Part shown: positions 58,255 to 64,000 of the stretch, one piece after another
How the letters are laid out: every line of letters begins with the position of its first letter
Position numbering within the stretch: position 1 is the stretch's first letter
Source: an uncultured Gemmatimonadaceae bacterium
Lineage (GTDB): Bacteria; Gemmatimonadota; Gemmatimonadetes; Gemmatimonadales; Gemmatimonadaceae
NCBI GenBank assembly: GCA_963817955.1
Contig: CAWFQK010000006.1
Location: forward strand, 1 to 64,000
Reading direction: 5' to 3'
DNA: 64,000 nt
Program-made: the position numbers and the translations under genes
The notes under the pieces: model-generated
Database searches by the model: none
The model's input: only the letters and a program-made list of their open reading frames with translations
Told to the model about the DNA's origin: nothing

Positions 58255-58297
58255 GGGACACGAGACACGAGACACGGGACACGAGACAACGAGACAC
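58255..58297. repeat. heptamer tandem array (G[A/G]GACAC)6
   Basis: GGGACAC GAGACAC GAGACAC GGGACAC GAGACAAC GAGACAC, 4 nt from the FabH-like stop. Confidence 0.9.
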
Positions 58298-58301
58298 GCG
58301 C

Positions 58302-59361
58302 CTACGCCCGATACAGCTCCGCGCCCCAGTGCAATCCCGAGCCAAGCGCGGTGAAGCAAATCAACATGTCGGGCTTGATGAGTCCGTCACGCACACACTC
58401 ATGGTAGAGAATCGGTAGGGTGCCAGCCGTCGTGTTCCCGTATCGCTCGATGTTGTGCGGAACTTTCTCCGGCGGGAAGTCGAGCTGCTTCGCCACCGCT
58501 TCGACGATCCGGAGGTTTGCCTGGTGAATCAACAGCAGGTCGATGTCGGCAACCTCCACCCCGACAGACGCGCAAACCTGCCGAACCGCCTCCGGCATGC
58601 GCGACACCGCCTCCTTGAACACCGAGCGACCTTCCATCATGGGAATCGATTCGCCCGCGTCGAGTTGCTCGTGCGTCACGTACGGACGCCGACGAAACCC
58701 CACCCCCGGCACGTACAAGCGCCTCGATGTTCGATCCGTCGCTGAACAGCTTCGACGCGAAAAATCCATGCCGATCGTCGTCACGCGCCTCGACGACCAT
58801 CGCACCGGCTCCGTCCCCGAACAGGACGGTCCGATCGCGGATCGCCGTGTTTGCTGCGTACTGCTCCGGAGTCACCGTCCCATCGCCACGTCCAATGGTG
58901 ACATCCCATCCATTCTGCCAGGGCATGAATGGAGTGTGGACGTCGGCGCCGACGATGAGGAGGCGCTTGAACTTGCGCGATTGCAGCAGGGAATCGGCAA
59001 GATCGAGCGCGTAGAGGAATCCCGAGCACTGCTGGCGAATATCAAAGGTGGGAATATTCCCAAACCCCATCCGCGCTTGCAGCAGAGGACCGTTGCCGGG
59101 GAAGAAGTAGTTCGGTGTCATCGTCGCGAAGATCAGGCCGTCGACATCGGCGGTCGTCACCCCCGCCGATATCATCGCCTGCTCGGCTGCCATCATCCCC
59201 AGTTCGGCGGACCCTTGCCCCGGATCGGCATAGTGCCGCTGCTCGATGCCGCTCCGGGTGCGGATCCACTCGTCCGACGTATCCATGATCTTCGACAGCA
59301 CGTCGTTCTTCACGACATTCGTCGGAATACCGATTCCAGTCCCGACGATGACGGATCTCAT
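58302..59361 (-). pseudogene. fabH: 3-oxoacyl-ACP synthase III (FabH-like), one apparent +1 frameshift near 58717 (likely sequencing error)
   Basis: DTSDEWIRTRSGIEQR, QCSGF (catalytic Cys), LFGDGAGA in ORF 58399..59361; MEGRSVFK, HQANLRI, YGNT, G.GLHWG in ORF 58302..58805. Confidence 0.8.
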
Positions 59362-59368
59362 GCTTCGA

Positions 59369-62300
59369 TCAGTCCGCTGCGTCGCCGCTCGTGCTCACGG
59401 CCACGCGACCGTCCATCGCCGCCACCGGCAGCACCTCGTGCCGCGGCTGACGGCCGAACGCGCTGGCCCACCGGCCCGATCGCTCACGCAGTGTGTCCAT
59501 GTAGGTATAGACCACCGGCGTCACGTAGAGCGTGATGAGCTGTGAGAACGCGAGGCCACCAACGACGGTCACGCCGAGTGGACGCCGGGACTCTGCGCCC
59601 GCACCCATGGACAGCGCGATGGGCAGAGTTCCCATGAGCGCCGCCATCGTCGTCATCATGATCGGCCGGAAGCGGATGAGGCAAGCGTGCACGATGGCGT
59701 CGGCGGGAGCGCGGCCCTCCGACCGTTCCGCCTCGAGCGCGAAGTCGATCATCATGATCGCGTTCTTCTTGACCAGGCCAACGAGCAGGATGATACCGAC
59801 GAACGCATACACGCTCAGATCGATCTTGAAGATCATCAGCGTCAGGAGCGCACCGAATGCAGCGAACGGAAGTCCCGAAAGAATCGTGATGGGATGGATG
59901 AAGCTCTCGTACAGCACGCCCAGGACCACGTAGATCACAAAGACGGCGATCCCGAGCAGCGCGAGCATGCCGGCCTGCGTGGACTGGAACGCCTGGGCGG
60001 TGCCGGAGAATCCGGTGTTGATGGCGGCCGGCAGCACCTTGGTCGCAATGCGCTGCACCTCGTCGGTCGCCTGTCCAAGGGCGACACCCGGCCGGAGGTT
60101 GAACGACATCGTGACGGACGGGAGCTGACCGGAGTGATTGACCGTCAAAGGTCCGGCACTCTGCGTGACCGATGCGACCGCGCTCAGCGGAACGAGTGCG
60201 CCGGTGTTCGAGCGAACATATAACAGGTCGAGGGCCGCCAGGTCGCGCTGGTACTGAGGCAGTATTTCCATCACGACCCAGTACTCGTTGTTCGGCGTGT
60301 AGATCGTCGATACCTGCCGCGCCCCGTACGCATTGTACAATGCCATTTCGATCTGCTCCGCCGTCACGCCCAGCGACGACGCGCGCTCGCGATCGATCTG
60401 CACACTGGCCTGCGGATTACTGAGCTGCAGATCGCTCGTCACGTCCTGAACCAGATTCGACTGCCGTACCTGGTCGGCGAGCTGCTGCGCCGCCGGATAC
60501 AACTCCGCGATGTCCGAGCTCTGCATAGTGAACTGGTACAGGCTCTTCGAAACGCGGCCGCCGATCTGGATGGCCGGAGGATTCTGCATGTACACGGTGA
60601 TCCCCGGCACCTTTGCCAACTTCGGACGCAGCTCCTTGATGATGTCGTCCACCGACAACCGCTGGTCGCGCGGCTTGAGGCCGATCAGGAACCGCCCCTG
60701 ATTGAGCCCGGTCGTCATGCTGCCGCCACCCGTGGCCGACATGAATCCCGCGACATTGGTGTCTTGCTGCACCACGGCGGCGGCGGCCTGCTGATGGCGC
60801 ACCATGTCTTCGAACGACGTCCCCTGCGCCGCTTCCGTCGTAGCGTAGAGCTGGCCGGTGTCCTGGCTGGGAATGAATCCCTTGGGGATGATGACGAACA
60901 ACACCACGGTACCAACGAGAATCAGACCGGAGAACACGATGGTCGTCCGCCGGTGCTGCATGACCCAGAGAAGACTCGTCCCGTACTTCTGCACGAGCCA
61001 CTCGTATGCGGCTTCGGTGATCTGATAGAGCCGTCCGTGCGTTTGTTCGGTGTGCGGCCGCAGGAACCGGCTCGACAACATCGGCGTCAGCGTGAGCGAG
61101 ACGAAGCCCGACACGAGAATCGACGCAGCAATCGTGACGGCGAACTCGTGGAACAGACGGCCGACGATGCCGCCGAGGAACAGGATCGGGATGAAGACCG
61201 CCGTCAGCGAGATCGTCATCGACATGATCGTGAACCCAACTTCGGCCGCACCGTCCATGGCCGCGCGCATTGGCGGCTTTCCCATCTCCATGTGGCGGAC
61301 GATGTTCTCGAGCATCACGATCGCGTCGTCCACCACGAAACCCACGGCGAGCGTCAGCGCCATGAGCGACAGGTTGTCCAGGCTGTAGTTCAGCGTGTAC
61401 ATCACCGCGAACGTGCCGATCACCGAGATGGGCAGCGCCAGACTCGGGATGAGCGTCGCGGAGACGTTGCGCAGGAACAGGAAGATCACGAGCACGACCA
61501 GCACGAGCGTCAGCACGAGCGTGAACTTCACGTCGGCCACCGATTCGCGAATGGACTGCGTTCGGTCGTACAAGCTCTGGACCGAGATCGACGCCGGAAG
61601 TTGCTTCTCGAGCGACTTCATCAGCTCATTCACGGCGGTGGCGACTTCCACCGTATTGCTGCCCGGCTGTCGCTGAACGGCAAGGACGATGGCGCGGCTG
61701 CTGCCGGACCAACTCGCCGCCTTGTTGTTCTGCACATCGTCGAGGACCAGGCCCAGGTCGCCCAGACGGACAGGCGCGCCGTTGCGATACGTGACGACGA
61801 GCTTGCGGAACCCGGCCGCGTCCTGCAATTGGCCGTTCGCCTGCACGGTATAGGCGCGATTCGGGCCGTTCAGCACACCGGTGGGCAGATTCACGTTCTG
61901 CGCGGCGATCGACGTCGCTACTTCGTCGATCCCGATCTGCCGCTGTGCCATGGCGCTCGGATCGAGCTGCACGCGCACCGCGTACTTCTGCGAGCCAAAC
62001 ACGTTCACCTGTGCGACGCCTGGCACCATCGAAATGCGCTGCGCCATGAGCGTCTCGCCGTATTCGTCGAGCTGCGACAGTGGCATCAACGACGACGTCA
62101 GCGTGAAGTACAGAATGGCCCCGTCGGCCGGATTCACTTTCTGATACGACGGCGGAATGATGCCTGGCGGCAGATCGCGCAACGTCTTAGCGATCATTGC
62201 CTGGACGTCCTGTGCGGCCGCGTCGATGTTCCGTTCCAGGTTGAACTGGATGGTGATCGACGTGACGCCCAGACCGGACGTCGACGTCATGTTGTCGATG

Positions 62301-62527
62301 CCGGCGATCGTCGAGAACTGCTTCTCCAACGGCGTGGCGACGGCAGACGCCATCGTCTCGGGACTCGCGCCGGGCAGACTGGCGCTGACCGTGATGGTCG
62401 GAAAATCGACCGTGGGCAGGTCACTCACCGGCAGACGGCGATACGCCGTGATGCCGAAGAAGAGAATCCCCGCCATCAGAAGGACCGTCGTGACGGGCCG
62501 CCGGATGAACAGGTCGGAGAAGTTCAC
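59369..62527 (-). CDS. RND efflux permease (MdtB/MdtC-like)
   Basis: FIRRPV.T, LPV..LP.VDFPTI, GFVVDDAIV.LEN, KKNAIMMIDFAL, RFRPIMMTTMAA. Confidence 0.96.
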   Translation of the reverse strand: MNFSDLFIRRPVTTVLLMAGILFFGITAYRRLPVSDLPTVDFPTITVSASLPGASPETMASAVATPLEKQFSTIAGIDNMTSTSGLGVTSITIQFNLERNIDAAAQDVQAMIAKTLRDLPPGIIPPSYQKVNPADGAILYFTLTSSLMPLSQLDEYGETLMAQRISMVPGVAQVNVFGSQKYAVRVQLDPSAMAQRQIGIDEVATSIAAQNVNLPTGVLNGPNRAYTVQANGQLQDAAGFRKLVVTYRNGAPVRLGDLGLVLDDVQNNKAASWSGSSRAIVLAVQRQPGSNTVEVATAVNELMKSLEKQLPASISVQSLYDRTQSIRESVADVKFTLVLTLVLVVLVIFLFLRNVSATLIPSLALPISVIGTFAVMYTLNYSLDNLSLMALTLAVGFVVDDAIVMLENIVRHMEMGKPPMRAAMDGAAEVGFTIMSMTISLTAVFIPILFLGGIVGRLFHEFAVTIAASILVSGFVSLTLTPMLSSRFLRPHTEQTHGRLYQITEAAYEWLVQKYGTSLLWVMQHRRTTIVFSGLILVGTVVLFVIIPKGFIPSQDTGQLYATTEAAQGTSFEDMVRHQQAAAAVVQQDTNVAGFMSATGGGSMTTGLNQGRFLIGLKPRDQRLSVDDIIKELRPKLAKVPGITVYMQNPPAIQIGGRVSKSLYQFTMQSSDIAELYPAAQQLADQVRQSNLVQDVTSDLQLSNPQASVQIDRERASSLGVTAEQIEMALYNAYGARQVSTIYTPNNEYWVVMEILPQYQRDLAALDLLYVRSNTGALVPLSAVASVTQSAGPLTVNHSGQLPSVTMSFNLRPGVALGQATDEVQRIATKVLPAAINTGFSGTAQAFQSTQAGMLALLGIAVFVIYVVLGVLYESFIHPITILSGLPFAAFGALLTLMIFKIDLSVYAFVGIILLVGLVKKNAIMMIDFALEAERSEGRAPADAIVHACLIRFRPIMMTTMAALMGTLPIALSMGAGAESRRPLGVTVVGGLAFSQLITLYVTPVVYTYMDTLRERSGRWASAFGRQPRHEVLPVAAMDGRVAVSTSGDAAD

Positions 62528-63645
62528 TTCGACGCCTGCTTCACGGCCGGTTGTGCTGTCGATGTCTTCACGTCGACCTTGATGTTGGGAGTCAACCGCG
62601 ACTGCCCGTCGACGACGATCTGTTCTCCCATTGCGAGTCCTTTGTCAATCGTCGTGAGCTCGCCAACGGCCCGTCCGACGGTCACCGGGCGTACCTGCGC
62701 TGTCTTGTCGGCGCCCACGACGAACACGTAGCTGCCTTGTTGCCCCGATTGCACGGCGCGCGTCGGCACGGCGATCGCATTGAGCTCAACGCTGAGTTCG
62801 ACGCTCACCCGGACATACTCGCCGGGCCACAAGGTGTTCAGGTGATTCTCAAATCGCGACTTGGCCGTCACCGTTCCGGTCAGCGAATCCACCGCGTTGT
62901 CGAGAAATGCGAGCGCACCGACCTCTCCCACCTTGCCACTGTCCGCCATTACGACGCGGACCGGCACCGGGCCGCGCGCGTTGCGCCGCTGCAGTGCGGG
63001 AAAGTCATGCTGCGCCACCGGAAAGCGGACGAGAATGGGATGCAACTGGTTGATGACGACCAGCGGATCCGAGCCCGGCTTGACGAGATTCCCCTGCCGC
63101 ACGAGCAGGCGCCCGGTGCGACCGGCGATCGGCGCGCGGATCGTGGTGTAATTCAAATTGAGTCGGGCGTTGTCGACGGTGGCCTTGTCTGCCTGCACCG
63201 TGGCGCTGGTGGCCGTCGCGGCAGACGCCACCTGATCGGCTTGCGACTTGGTGACATAGTCCTTCTCCACGAGCGCCTTGTAGCGATCCGCGTCGCGCTG
63301 TGCGTTCTGTGCCTGCGCTTCGTCGCGTGCCAACGTGGCTTGTGCCTGCCGCAGCGCCGCTTCAAAAGGACGTGGATCAAGACGGAACAGCACTTGGCCG
63401 GCCTGCACGTCATCGCCTTCGCGGAACGACACGGCATCGAGTGTTCCGCCCACCTGGGCTTGCACGGCCACCGTTTGCATGGGCTCGACGATGCCGTTCT
63501 CTTCGAGCGTCAGTGGCGCGGAGATCGTCGAGGCCTGCGCGACCTGGACGGGAATGGTTGGCGTTTTCTGGACGGGCGGCGTGGCGCACGCGGCCAAGGC
63601 GATCGCAGAGAGGGCTACAGGAATTCGATATGAATGGATACTCAT
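62524..63645 (-). CDS. RND periplasmic adaptor (MdtA-like), lipoprotein
   Basis: LAA-C lipobox, V.AQVGG.L..V.F.EG..V..GQ.LF.LDPRPF, IRAPIAGRTG, DNAVD..TGT, LWPGEYV. Confidence 0.95.
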   Translation of the reverse strand: MSIHSYRIPVALSAIALAACATPPVQKTPTIPVQVAQASTISAPLTLEENGIVEPMQTVAVQAQVGGTLDAVSFREGDDVQAGQVLFRLDPRPFEAALRQAQATLARDEAQAQNAQRDADRYKALVEKDYVTKSQADQVASAATATSATVQADKATVDNARLNLNYTTIRAPIAGRTGRLLVRQGNLVKPGSDPLVVINQLHPILVRFPVAQHDFPALQRRNARGPVPVRVVMADSGKVGEVGALAFLDNAVDSLTGTVTAKSRFENHLNTLWPGEYVRVSVELSVELNAIAVPTRAVQSGQQGSYVFVVGADKTAQVRPVTVGRAVGELTTIDKGLAMGEQIVVDGQSRLTPNIKVDVKTSTAQPAVKQASK

Positions 63646-64000
63646 CGGCCGGGTCTCGCGTCCGGTGCCGGTGTCACGGGCATGAAGGTGGTGTCGCCGC
63701 GCGCGTCGAGCACGCCGGCGTCATGGGCGAGCTGGGCCAGGGCCGTGCGCCACTGCCAGCGCGCATCGACCGCTTGGGCGCTGGCGGTCGCGAGCGCGCT
63801 CTGCGCCACGAGGAGATCGACGATACTGCCGACCCCTTCGCGGTAGCGCTCGCGTGCCACCTGCTCCGATTGCGTGGCGCTCGCCAGAAGGTCCCGCGAC
63901 GTCCGCACCTGATCGGTGGCTGTCCGCAGCGTGTAGTACGCGTTGAATACCTGCTGCACGATCTGCTGCCGCGTCAACTCGGTACGGGCGAGCGCCGCCT
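63642..64000 (-). CDS. TolC-family outer-membrane efflux protein (3' end; runs off the window)
   Basis: V..AY..L, ARERYREGVGSIVDLLVAQ..L..A, ALAQL...G C-terminal OEP repeat. Confidence 0.88.
   Translation of the reverse strand, partial: AALARTELTRQQIVQQVFNAYYTLRTATDQVRTSRDLLASATQSEQVARERYREGVGSIVDLLVAQSALATASAQAVDARWQWRTALAQLAHDAGVLDARGDTTFMPVTPAPDARPGR

Noticed and set aside
58700..58730. Programmed ribosomal frameshift in the FabH-like gene
   Set aside because: No slippery heptamer at the junction; one extra base explains it and the window has other indel errors.
60764..62731. Long antisense or alternative ORFs (60764..62731, 20920..22539, 52642..54279, 49912..51339, 9585..10874 and others)
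   Set aside because: They overlap well-supported genes on the opposite strand, have Arg/His-rich non-protein-like composition, and are expected shadows of high-GC codon usage.

Overview
High-GC bacterial chromosomal segment. The gene repertoire and the Gly/Arg-rich secreted proteins suggest Gemmatimonadota; this is an inference, as no marker gene is present. From left to right: a complete, translationally coupled his operon (hisG-D-C-H-A-B-F-N-IE); an APC permease; an ECF sigma / anti-sigma / two exported HEAT-repeat proteins unit followed by a Yip1 gene; a Zn-dependent dehydrogenase; a frameshifted BNR/VPS10-type beta-propeller; a Met/Cys PLP lyase; PAP2; M13 peptidase; DoxX; an HTH-Fic gene with an upstream repeat array; an unknown lipoprotein; a frameshifted GMC / subunit-3 / TIM-barrel sugar-oxidation operon; GNAT+GT2; a DUF433/PIN toxin-antitoxin pair; an octaheme cytochrome coupled to an M1 peptidase; uup; a USP-like gene; glgA; an AGXT-like aminotransferase divergent from a ComDE-like / kynureninase-like / NSS transporter / isatin-hydrolase-like operon; a PepSY protein; a type II secretion cluster; and a TolC-MFP-RND-FabH-like operon. 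I saw no rRNA, tRNA, CRISPR array, integrase or transposase. The most interesting unexplained signals are (i) a modular dispersed intergenic repeat family built on 7-bp tandem units, with apparent filled and empty forms and one array inside the anti-sigma gene, (ii) the putative indole/isatin/kynurenine-to-anthranilate operon, (iii) the ECF-HEAT envelope module and (iv) the operator-like array at the non-canonical Fic gene. Clusters of frameshifts and stops are probably long-read or assembly errors. All family assignments come from motif recognition by eye, not database searches.
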